25,598 bases of DNA from a virus (Duplodnaviria > Heunggongvirae > Uroviricota > Caudoviricetes): IMG/VR virus record IMGVR_UViG_2606217107_000001; one strand, written 5' to 3'. The notes beneath the pieces were generated by a model. The model was not told the origin of the DNA. It saw only the letters and a program-made list of their open reading frames with translations, and did not search any database. Below, piece by piece: positions 17,570 to 25,598 of the stretch (positions are counted from its first letter, which is position 1; every line of letters begins with the position of its first letter). The position numbers were made by a program, and so were the translations under genes.

Positions 17570-18760
17570 ATGAGTGACTATCATCACGGCGTGCAGGTGC
17601 TGGAGATTAACGACGGCACCCGCGTCATTTCCACCGTATCCACTGCCATTGTCGGCATGGTCTGCACGGCCAGCGATGCGGATGCGGAAACCTTCCCCCT
17701 CAATAAACCTGTGCTGATTACCAATGTGCAGAGCGCAATTGCAAAGGCTGGTAAAAAAGGCACGCTGGCGGCATCGTTGCAGGCCATCGCCGACCAGTCA
17801 AAACCGGTCACCGTTGTCGTGCGTGTGGAAGACGGCACCGGCGACGACGAGGAAACGAAACTCGCGCAGACCGTTTCCAATATCATCGGCACCACCGACG
17901 AAAACGGTCAGTACACCGGACTGAAAGCCCTGCTGGCGGCGGAGTCGGTAACCGGTGTTAAACCGCGTATTCTCGGCGTGCCGGGACTGGACACCAAAGA
18001 GGTGGCTGTTGCACTGGCATCAGTCTGTCAGAAGTTGCGCGCTTTCGGGTATATCAGCGCATGGGGCTGTAAAACCATTTCCGAGGTGAAAGCCTACCGT
18101 CAGAATTTCAGCCAGCGTGAGCTGATGGTCATCTGGCCGGATTTCCTCGCATGGGATACGGTCACCAGTACCACCGCCACCGCGTATGCCACCGCCCGTG
18201 CGCTGGGGCTGCGCGCTAAAATCGACCAGGAGCAGGGCTGGCATAAAACGCTGTCCAATGTCGGGGTGAACGGTGTTACCGGCATCAGCGCCTCTGTATT
18301 CTGGGATTTGCAGGAGTCCGGCACCGATGCTGACCTGCTTAACGAGTCAGGCGTCACAACGCTGATTCGCCGCGACGGTTTTCGCTTCTGGGGTAACCGT
18401 ACCTGCTCTGATGACCCGCTGTTCCTCTTTGAAAACTACACCCGCACCGCGCAGGTGCTGGCTGACACGATGGCTGAGGCGCACATGTGGGCGGTGGACA
18501 AGCCCATCACCGCAACGCTGATTCGCGACATCGTTGACGGCATCAATGCCAAATTCCGTGAGCTGAAAACAAACGGCTATATCGTGGATGCGACCTGCTG
18601 GTTCAGCGAAGAATCCAACGATGCGGAAACCCTCAAGGCCGGAAAACTGTATATCGACTACGACTATACCCCGGTGCCTCCTCTTGAAAACCTGACCCTG
18701 CGCCAGCGTATTACCGATAAATACCTGGCAAATCTGGTCACCTCGGTTAACAGCAATTAA
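17570..18760 (+). CDS. FI: Tail sheath protein (P2 gpFI-like), 396 aa
   Basis: ORF 17570..18760; GGAG ribosome-binding site; recognised as P2 FI. Confidence 0.93.
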   Translation: MSDYHHGVQVLEINDGTRVISTVSTAIVGMVCTASDADAETFPLNKPVLITNVQSAIAKAGKKGTLAASLQAIADQSKPVTVVVRVEDGTGDDEETKLAQTVSNIIGTTDENGQYTGLKALLAAESVTGVKPRILGVPGLDTKEVAVALASVCQKLRAFGYISAWGCKTISEVKAYRQNFSQRELMVIWPDFLAWDTVTSTTATAYATARALGLRAKIDQEQGWHKTLSNVGVNGVTGISASVFWDLQESGTDADLLNESGVTTLIRRDGFRFWGNRTCSDDPLFLFENYTRTAQVLADTMAEAHMWAVDKPITATLIRDIVDGINAKFRELKTNGYIVDATCWFSEESNDAETLKAGKLYIDYDYTPVPPLENLTLRQRITDKYLANLVTSVNSN

Positions 18761-18772
18761 GGAGCCTGACCG

Positions 18773-19291
18773 ATGGCAATGCCGCGCAAACTCAAGTTAA
18801 TGAACGTCTTTCTGAACGGCTACAGCTATCAGGGCGTCGCGAAGTCCGTCACGCTGCCAAAACTGACCCGTAAGCTCGAAAACTATCGCGGTGCGGGGAT
18901 GAACGGCAGCGCACCGGTAGACCTCGGCCTTGATGACGATGCGCTGTCAATGGAGTGGTCGCTCGGTGGCTTCCCGGATTCGGTTATCTGGGAGCTTTAC
19001 GCCGCAACCGGTGTGGATGCCGTACCGATTCGTTTTGCAGGCTCTTACCAGCGCGACGATACCGGCGAAACGGTGGCCGTCGAGGTGGTCATGCGTGGAC
19101 GTCAGAAAGAAATCGACACCGGCGAGGGCAAACAGGGAGAAGACACCGAGTCGAAAATCTCCGTGGTCTGCACCTATTTCCGGCTGACGATGGACGGCAA
19201 GGAGCTGGTCGAAATCGACACCATCAACATGATTGAGAAGGTGAACGGCGTCGACCGGCTGGAGCAACACCGCCGCAATATCGGCCTGTGA
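18773..19291 (+). CDS. FII: Tail tube protein (P2 gpFII-like), 172 aa
   Basis: ORF 18773..19291; AAGGAG ribosome-binding site; recognised as P2 FII. Confidence 0.93.
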   Translation: MAMPRKLKLMNVFLNGYSYQGVAKSVTLPKLTRKLENYRGAGMNGSAPVDLGLDDDALSMEWSLGGFPDSVIWELYAATGVDAVPIRFAGSYQRDDTGETVAVEVVMRGRQKEIDTGEGKQGEDTESKISVVCTYFRLTMDGKELVEIDTINMIEKVNGVDRLEQHRRNIGL

Positions 19292-19298
19292 TTTTCAT

Positions 19299-19319
19299 CC
19301 GGTCAGCCTGGCTGACCGG
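19299..19319 (+). other. Perfect 9-bp stem, 3-nt loop hairpin between FII and E (possible attenuator or RNA-stability element)
   Basis: ccggtcagc ctg gctgaccgg; no T-run follows, so not a canonical terminator. Confidence 0.3.
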
Positions 19320-19347
19320 TTAACCCTGATTCATAAGTGAGAAAACC

Positions 19348-19623
19348 ATGAACAAAGAAAATGTCATTACCCTGGACAATCCGGTCAAACGTGGTGAGCA
19401 GGTTATCGAACAGGTCACGCTGATGAAACCCAGTGCCGGGACGCTGCGCGGTGTCAGTCTGGCAGCGGTCGCGAACTCCGAAGTCGATGCACTGATTAAG
19501 GAGCTGCCGCGCATGACGGCACCGATGCTGACCGAGCAGGAAGTCGCCGCGCTGGAACTGCCTGACCTTGTGGCGCTGGCCGGTAAGGTGGTCGGTTTTT
19601 TGTCGCCGAACTCGGTGCAGTGA
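19348..19623 (+). CDS. E: Tail assembly chaperone (P2 gpE-like), 91 aa
   Basis: ORF 19348..19623; position and length as for P2 gpE. Confidence 0.9.
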   Translation: MNKENVITLDNPVKRGEQVIEQVTLMKPSAGTLRGVSLAAVANSEVDALIKELPRMTAPMLTEQEVAALELPDLVALAGKVVGFLSPNSVQ

Positions 19624-19775
19624 CGTTTCCAAAAAATCTGTCGGTCGATGACCTGATGGCGGATGTGGCAGTGATATTTCACTGGCCGCCATCAGAACTG
19701 TATCCCATGAGCCTGACCGAACTCATCACATGGCGCGAAAAGGCGCTCCGGCGAAGCGGAAACACGAATGAGTAA
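19348..19775 (+). CDS. E: Tail assembly chaperone E+E' fusion made by a programmed -1 frameshift at T TTT TTG (19596..19602), 142 aa
   Basis: Slippery heptamer gg-tttttt-g near the 3' end of E. The -1 frame stays open to a stop at 19773..19775 (...FPKNLSVDDLMADVAVIFHWPPSELYPMSLTELITWREKALRRSGNTNE), overlapping the T start. Product length matches recalled P2 E+E'. Confidence 0.75.
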
Positions 19776-22215
19776 CAATGTAAAATTACAGGTATTGCTC
19801 AGGGCTGTTGACCAGGCATCCCGCCCGTTTAAATCCATCCGCACAGCGAGCAAGTCGCTGTCGGGGGATATCCGGGAAACACAAAAATCACTGCGCGAGC
19901 TGAACGGTCACGCATCCCGTATTGAGGGATTCCGCAAGACCAGCGCACAGCTCGCCGTGACTGGTCATGCACTTGAAAAGGCACGGCAGGAAGCCGAAGC
20001 CCTTGCCACACAGTTTAAAAATACCGAACGTCCGACCCGTGCTCAGGCGAAAGTGCTGGAATCCGCAAAGCGTGCGGCGGAGGACTTACAGGCGAAATAT
20101 AACCGCCTGACGGACTCCGTTAAACGCCAGCAGCGGGAACTGGCCGCTGTGGGAATTAATACCCGCAATCTTGCACATGATGAGCAGGGACTGAAAAACC
20201 GTATCAGTGAAACCACCGCACAGCTTAACCGTCAGCGTGACGCACTGGCGCGTGTCAGTGCACAACAGGCAAAACTTAACGCAGTAAAACAGCGTTATCA
20301 GGCAGGCAAGGAACTGGCCGGAAATATGGCCTCAGTGGGCGCTGCCGGTGTGGGGATTGCGGCGGCGGGAACGATGGCCGGAGTTAAGTTGCTGATGCCC
20401 GGTTATGAGTTTGCGCAGAAAAACTCAGAATTGCAGGCCGTGCTCGGAGTGGCAAAAGACTCCGCCGAAATGACCGCACTACGCAAACAGGCGCGCCAGC
20501 TCGGTGACAACACCGCCGCCTCGGCGGATGATGCGGCCGGTGCACAGATAATCATCGCGAAAGCGGGTGGGGATGTTGATGCCATTCAGGCGGCAACGCC
20601 GGTCACGCTGAATATGGCGCTGGCGAACCGCCGCACGATGGAAGAAAACGCCGCCCTGCTGATGGGGATGAAATCCGCCTTTCAGCTTTCAAACGATAAG
20701 GTCGCTCATATCGGGGATGTTCTCTCCATGACGATGAACAAAACCGCCGCCGATTTTGACGGCATGAGCGATGCGCTGACCTATGCCGCACCTGTGGCAA
20801 AAAATGCCGGTGTCAGCATTGAAGAAACCGCCGCAATGGTCGGGGCGCTGCATGATGCAAAAATCACAGGCTCAATGGCGGGGACGGGAAGCCGTGCCGT
20901 GTTAAGTCGCCTGCAGGCACCGACGGGAAAAGCATGGGATGCACTCAAAGAGCTTGGCGTGAAAACCTCAGACAGTAAGGGGAATACCCGACCAGTATTT
21001 ACCATTCTGAAAGAAATGCAGGCCAGCTTTGAGAAAAACCGGCTCGGTACTGCCCAGCAGGCTGAATACATGAAAACTATTTTCGGGGAGGAGGCCAGCT
21101 CAGCCGCCGCCGTGCTGATGACTGCCGCCTCAACCGGAAAGCTGGACAAACTGACCGCTGCGTTTAAAGCCTCAGACGGGAAGACCGCCGAGCTGGTAAA
21201 TATCATGCAGGACAACCTCGGCGGTGACTTTAAGGAGTTTCAGTCCGCTTATGAGGCGGTGGGGACAGACCTGTTTGACCAGCAGGAAGGCGCGCTACGT
21301 AAGCTCACGCAGACGGCCACAAAGTATGTGTTAAAACTCGACGGCTGGATACAGAAAAACAAATCACTGGCGTCAACCATTGGCCTCATTGCCGGTGGTG
21401 CGCTGGCGCTTACTGGCATCATCGGTGCAATTGGTCTTGTAGCCTGGCCGGTTATCACCGGCATCAATGCCATCATCGCGGCAGCAGGCGCAATGGGGGC
21501 AATCTTCACGACGGTTGGTAGTGCCGTTATGACGGCCATCGGGGCGATTAGCTGGCCGGTTGTGGCTGTGGTGGCCGCCATTGTCGCCGGGGCGTTGCTT
21601 ATCCGTAAATACTGGGAGCCTGTCAGCGCATTCTTTGGCGGTGTGGTTGAAGGGCTGAAAGCGGCATTTGCGCCGGTGGGGGAACTGTTCACGCCACTGA
21701 AGCCGGTGTTTGACTGGCTGGGCGAAAAGTTACAGGCCGCGTGGCAGTGGTTTAAAAACCTGATTGCCCCGGTCAAAGCCACCCAGGACACCCTGAACCG
21801 TTGCCGTGATACTGGCGTCATGTTCGGGCAGGCACTGGCTGACGCGCTGATGCTGCCGCTTAATGCGTTCAACAAACTGCGCAGCGGTATTGACTGGGTA
21901 CTGGAAAAGCTCGGGGTCATCAACAAAGAGTCAGACACACTTGACCAGACCGCCGCCAGAACTCATGTCGCCACGTATGGCACCGGTGGTTATATTCCGG
22001 CGACCAGCTCTTATGCAGGCTATCAGACTTATCAGCCGGTCACGGCACCGGCTGGCCGCTCTTATGTAGACCAGAGTAAAAACGAATATCACATCAGCCT
22101 GACGGGTGGTACTGAGCCGGGGACACAGCTTGACCGCCAGTTACAGGATGCGCTCGAAAAATACGAGCGGGATAAACGTGCGCGCGCCCGTGCCAGCATG
22201 ATGCATGACGGTTAA
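19768..22215 (+). CDS. T: Tail tape measure protein (P2 gpT-like), 815 aa
   Basis: ORF 19768..22215; long helical protein with a glycine/alanine-rich hydrophobic central segment; position as for P2 T. Confidence 0.92.
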   Translation: MSNNVKLQVLLRAVDQASRPFKSIRTASKSLSGDIRETQKSLRELNGHASRIEGFRKTSAQLAVTGHALEKARQEAEALATQFKNTERPTRAQAKVLESAKRAAEDLQAKYNRLTDSVKRQQRELAAVGINTRNLAHDEQGLKNRISETTAQLNRQRDALARVSAQQAKLNAVKQRYQAGKELAGNMASVGAAGVGIAAAGTMAGVKLLMPGYEFAQKNSELQAVLGVAKDSAEMTALRKQARQLGDNTAASADDAAGAQIIIAKAGGDVDAIQAATPVTLNMALANRRTMEENAALLMGMKSAFQLSNDKVAHIGDVLSMTMNKTAADFDGMSDALTYAAPVAKNAGVSIEETAAMVGALHDAKITGSMAGTGSRAVLSRLQAPTGKAWDALKELGVKTSDSKGNTRPVFTILKEMQASFEKNRLGTAQQAEYMKTIFGEEASSAAAVLMTAASTGKLDKLTAAFKASDGKTAELVNIMQDNLGGDFKEFQSAYEAVGTDLFDQQEGALRKLTQTATKYVLKLDGWIQKNKSLASTIGLIAGGALALTGIIGAIGLVAWPVITGINAIIAAAGAMGAIFTTVGSAVMTAIGAISWPVVAVVAAIVAGALLIRKYWEPVSAFFGGVVEGLKAAFAPVGELFTPLKPVFDWLGEKLQAAWQWFKNLIAPVKATQDTLNRCRDTGVMFGQALADALMLPLNAFNKLRSGIDWVLEKLGVINKESDTLDQTAARTHVATYGTGGYIPATSSYAGYQTYQPVTAPAGRSYVDQSKNEYHISLTGGTEPGTQLDRQLQDALEKYERDKRARARASMMHDG

Positions 22216-22229
22216 GGAGGTGACGAAAA

Positions 22230-22709
22230 ATGATGCTCGCGTTAGGTATGTTTGTTTTTATGCGCCAGACGCTGCCACACCAGACCATGCAGCGTGAATC
22301 AGATTATCGCTGGCCGTCAAATTCCCGTATCGGTAAACGGGATGCCTACCAGTTTCTCGGTGTTGGCGAGGAAAACATGACGCTTGCCGGTGTGCTTTAT
22401 CCTGAACTGACCGGTGGAAAGCTGACGATGACCACGCTCAGACTGATGGCAGAGGAAGGCCGGGCGTGGCCGTTGCTGGATGGCACCGGCATGATTTACG
22501 GCATGTATGTCATCAGCAGGGTGAGTGAAACAGGGAGTATTTTCTTTGCAGACGGCACACCCCGGAAAATTGATTTTACGCTGTCGCTCACCCGCGTTGA
22601 TGAATCACTGGCCGCGCTTTATGGCGATATCGGTAAACAGGCGGAATCGCTCATCGGTAAGGCTGGCAGTATGGCGACCAGATTCACGGGTATGACGGGG
22701 GCGGGATAA
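22230..22709 (+). CDS. U: Tail protein (P2 gpU-like), 159 aa
   Basis: ORF 22230..22709; AAGGAGG ribosome-binding site; recognised as P2 U. Confidence 0.9.
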   Translation: MMLALGMFVFMRQTLPHQTMQRESDYRWPSNSRIGKRDAYQFLGVGEENMTLAGVLYPELTGGKLTMTTLRLMAEEGRAWPLLDGTGMIYGMYVISRVSETGSIFFADGTPRKIDFTLSLTRVDESLAALYGDIGKQAESLIGKAGSMATRFTGMTGAG

Positions 22710-23872
22710 TGCTGGATGCGCTGACATTTGATGCTGGCAGTACGCTGACGCCGGATTACATGCTGATGCTCGACAGCAGGGATATTACCGGCAATATCAG
22801 TGACCGTCTGATGAGCATGACCCTGACGGATAACCGGGGCTTTGAGGCTGACCAGCTTGATATTGAACTGAACGATGCCGACGGGCAGGTCGGGCTGCCG
22901 GTTCGTGGCGCTGTCCTGACGGTGTATATCGGCTGGAAAGGGTTTGCCCTGGTATGCAAAGGGAAATTTACCGTTGATGAGGTTGAACACCGGGGCGCGC
23001 CGGATGTGGTTACCATCCGCGCCCGGAGTGCAGATTTTCGCGGGACGCTCAATTCCCGCCGGGAAGGCTCCTGGCATGACACCACGCTCGGTGCGATTGT
23101 TGAGGCGATAGCCTCCCGTAACAGGCTGGAAGCCAGTGTCGCTCCGTCACTGGCAAGAATTAAAATCCCGCACATCGACCAGTCGCAGGAGTCTGATGCG
23201 AAATTCCTGACCCGTCTTGCAGAACGCAACGGTGGTGAGGTCTCGGTAAAAATGGGAAAACTGTTGTTTCTCAAAGCGGGGCAGGGGGTGACGGCCAGTG
23301 GTAAAAAAATCCCGCAGGTCACCATAACCCGCAGCGACGGCGACCGCCATCATTTTGCGATTGCTGACCGTGGAGCCTATACCGGCGTAACGGCAAAGTG
23401 GTTACACACCAAAGACCCGAAGCCACAAAAGCAGAAGGTAAAACTGAAACGCAAAAAGAAAGAGAAACACCTGCGCGCACTGGAGCACCCGAAAGCGAAA
23501 CCGGTCAGGCAGAAGAAAGCGCCTAAAGTACCGGAAGCGCGCGAAGGTGAATACATGGCCGGTGAGGCTGACAACGTTTTTGCCCTGACTACGGTATATG
23601 CCACGAAAGCGCAGGCCATGCGCGCCGCTCAGGCGAAGTGGGATAAACTGCAACGGGGTGTGGCGGAGTTCTCCATCAGCCTGGCTACCGGTCGGGCAGA
23701 TATTTACACGGAAACACCGGTTAAAGTGTCAGGCTTTAAGCGCGTCATAGACGAGCAGGACTGGACAATCACTAAGGTGACACATTTTCTGAATAATAGC
23801 GGCTTCACGACGTCCCTGGAGCTTGAGGTCAGGCTTTCTGATGTGGAGTACGAAACAGAAGATGATGAGTGA
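22709..23872 (+). CDS. D: Tail protein (P2 gpD-like), 387 aa
   Basis: ORF 22709..23872; lysine-rich central segment; recognised as P2 D. Confidence 0.9.
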   Translation: MLDALTFDAGSTLTPDYMLMLDSRDITGNISDRLMSMTLTDNRGFEADQLDIELNDADGQVGLPVRGAVLTVYIGWKGFALVCKGKFTVDEVEHRGAPDVVTIRARSADFRGTLNSRREGSWHDTTLGAIVEAIASRNRLEASVAPSLARIKIPHIDQSQESDAKFLTRLAERNGGEVSVKMGKLLFLKAGQGVTASGKKIPQVTITRSDGDRHHFAIADRGAYTGVTAKWLHTKDPKPQKQKVKLKRKKKEKHLRALEHPKAKPVRQKKAPKVPEAREGEYMAGEADNVFALTTVYATKAQAMRAAQAKWDKLQRGVAEFSISLATGRADIYTETPVKVSGFKRVIDEQDWTITKVTHFLNNSGFTTSLELEVRLSDVEYETEDDE

Positions 23873-23953
23873 TGTTTTTGTTTTATCTGTTTGTTTTATA
23901 AGGATAAATTAACTAAAATGGCACCATCAACAAAACCGGAAGAGGTGCTCGCG
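23873..23953 (+). promoter_or_regulatory. AT-rich region upstream of ogr, presumably its own promoter
   Basis: 81-bp AT-rich gap before the ogr start; motif not resolved. Confidence 0.3.
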
Positions 23954-24172
23954 ATGTTTCATTGTCCTTTATGCCAGCATGCCGCACATGCGCGTACAAG
24001 TCGCTATATCACTGACACGACAAAAGAGCGTTATCACCAGTGTCAGAACGTGAATTGCAGCGCCACATTCATCACTTATGAGTCGGTACAGCGATATATC
24101 GTGAAGCCGGGAGAAGTCCACGCCGTAAGGCCGCACCCGTTGCCGTCAGGGCAGCAAATTATGTGGATGTGA
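23954..24172 (+). CDS. ogr: Late transcription activator Ogr (zinc-finger), 72 aa
   Basis: Inside ORF 23891..24172; start at ATG 23954 (MFHCPLCQHAAHARTSRY...), GAGG at 23942..23945; four cysteines (CPLC ... CQNVNC). Confidence 0.9.
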   Translation: MFHCPLCQHAAHARTSRYITDTTKERYHQCQNVNCSATFITYESVQRYIVKPGEVHAVRPHPLPSGQQIMWM

Positions 24173-24197
24173 TCACAAAAATAGCCCCTCAGTTGAG

Positions 24198-24215
24198 TAA
24201 TGCCGATCAGTTAAG
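24198..24215. repeat. IS4 left terminal inverted repeat (copy 2)
   Basis: taatgccgatcagttaag; imperfect inverse of 1392..1409. Confidence 0.8.
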
Positions 24216-24281
24216 GATCAGTTGACCGATCCAGTGGCTGTGTAAGAATCCGGAAACGCTCACTTGTTTCCGGATTTTTTT

Positions 24282-25598
24282 ATGCACATTGGACAGGCTC
24301 TTGATCTGGTATCCCGTTACGATTCTCTGCGTAACCCACTGACTTCTCTGGGGGATTACCTCGACCCCGAACTCATCTCTCGTTGCCTTGCCGAATCAGG
24401 TACTGTAACGCTACGCAAGCGCCGTCTTCCCCTCGAAATGATGGTCTGGTGTATTGTTGGCATGGCGCTTGAGCGTAAAGAACCTCTTCACCAGATTGTG
24501 AATCGCCTGGACATCATGCTGCCGGGCAATCGCCCCTTCGTTGCCCCCAGTGCCGTTATTCAGGCCCGCCAGCGCCTGGGAAGTGAGGCTGTCCGCCGCG
24601 TGTTCACGAAAACAGCGCAGCTCTGGCATAACGCCACGCCGCATCCGCACTGGTGCGGCCTGACCCTGCTGGCCATCGATGGTGTGTTCTGGCGCACACC
24701 GGATACACCAGAGAACGATGCAGCCTTCCCCCGCCAGACACATGCCGGGAACCCGGCGCTCTACCCGCAGGTCAAAATGGTCTGCCAGATGGAACTGACC
24801 AGCCATCTGCTGACGGCTGCAGCCTTCGGCACGATGAAGAACAGCGAAAATGAGCTTGCTGAGCAACTTATAGAACAAACCGGCGATAACACTCTGACGT
24901 TAATGGACAAAGGTTATTACTCACTGGGACTGTTAAATGCCTGGAGCCTGGCGGGAGAACACCGCCACTGGATGATACCTCTCAGAAAGGGAGCGCAATA
25001 TGAAGAGATCAGAAAACTGGGTAAAGGCGATCATCTGGTGAAGCTGAAAACCAGCCCGCAGGCACGAAAAAAGTGGCCGGGACTGGGAAATGAAGTGACT
25101 GCCCGCCTGCTGACCGTGACGCGCAAAGGAAAAGTCTGCCATCTGCTGACGTCGATGACGGACGCCATGCGCTTCCCCGGAGGAGAAATGGGGGATCTGT
25201 ACAGTCATCGCTGGGAAATCGAACTGGGATACAGGGAGATAAAACAGACGATGCAACGGAGCAGGCTGACGCTGAGAAGTAAAAAGCCGGAGCTTGTGGA
25301 GCAAGAGCTGTGGGGTGTCTTACTGGCTTATAATCTGGTGAGATATCAGATGATTAAAATGGCGGAACATCTGAAAGGTTACTGGCCGAATCAACTGAGT
25401 TTCTCAGAATCATGCGGAATGGTGATGAGAATGCTGATGACATTGCAGGGCGCTTCACCGGGACGTATACCGGAGCTGATGCGCGATCTTGCAAGTATGG
25501 GACAACTTGTGAAATTACCGACAAGAAGGGAAAGGGCCTTCCCGAGAGTGGTAAAGGAGAGGCCCTGGAAATACCCCACAGCCCCGAAAAAGAGCCAG
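24282..25598 (+). CDS. insG: IS4 transposase, second copy (partial; C-terminal ~4 codons and stop outside the window)
   Basis: Same reading frame and sequence as 68..1396, shifted by 24214 bp; runs off the window end. Confidence 0.88.
   Translation, partial: MHIGQALDLVSRYDSLRNPLTSLGDYLDPELISRCLAESGTVTLRKRRLPLEMMVWCIVGMALERKEPLHQIVNRLDIMLPGNRPFVAPSAVIQARQRLGSEAVRRVFTKTAQLWHNATPHPHWCGLTLLAIDGVFWRTPDTPENDAAFPRQTHAGNPALYPQVKMVCQMELTSHLLTAAAFGTMKNSENELAEQLIEQTGDNTLTLMDKGYYSLGLLNAWSLAGEHRHWMIPLRKGAQYEEIRKLGKGDHLVKLKTSPQARKKWPGLGNEVTARLLTVTRKGKVCHLLTSMTDAMRFPGGEMGDLYSHRWEIELGYREIKQTMQRSRLTLRSKKPELVEQELWGVLLAYNLVRYQMIKMAEHLKGYWPNQLSFSESCGMVMRMLMTLQGASPGRIPELMRDLASMGQLVKLPTRRERAFPRVVKERPWKYPTAPKKSQ

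Larger units (their letters stand above)
24198..25598 (+). mobile_element. IS4 insertion sequence, right copy (3' end truncated by the window end)
   Basis: Left inverted repeat taatgccgatcagttaag at 24198..24215; sequence from 24215 onward appears identical to window positions 1..1384 (all six-frame ORFs recur at a constant offset of 24214). Confidence 0.9.

Noticed and set aside
21249-21938. 229-aa minus-strand ORF inside tape measure gene T
   Set aside because: Antisense to T; serine/alanine-rich low-complexity translation mirroring the alanine/glycine-rich T segment.
1-25598. tRNA, rRNA or an attachment site in a tRNA gene
   Set aside because: No cloverleaf-like or rRNA-like sequence seen in any intergenic region.

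Overview
The window is the late (morphogenesis and lysis) region of a P2-like myovirus prophage, bracketed by two directly repeated copies of insertion sequence IS4. From left to right it holds: IS4 (1..1409, transposase insG); a cos-like site (~1553..1571); then a gene-for-gene collinear P2 late module Q-P (minus strand), O-N-M-L-X-Y-K-lysA-lysB/lysC-R-S-V-W-J-I-H-G, FI-FII-E(+E')-T-U-D-ogr (plus strand); then a second IS4 (24198..window end). Nearly every protein has the length I recall for phage P2; the exception is the tail fibre H (764 aa), which carries an expanded 132-bp tandem repeat and a lower-GC distal part. No integrase, immunity or replication genes (int, C, cox, B, A) and no tin/old are present in the window. 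The last 1384 bp appear identical to the first 1384 bp, so this is either two IS4 copies in direct orientation or a wrapped circular sequence of about 24.2 kb with one IS4; I cannot tell which from sequence alone. The most interesting locus is a strongly AT-rich insert between G and FI, the position of Z/fun in P2. It encodes, on the opposite strand to the late operons, a 259-aa protein with an N-terminal transmembrane helix that I do not recognise. I regard it as a candidate superinfection-exclusion or anti-phage defence gene. All identifications rest on reading the translated ORFs and on recalled knowledge of P2 and IS4; no database search was run.
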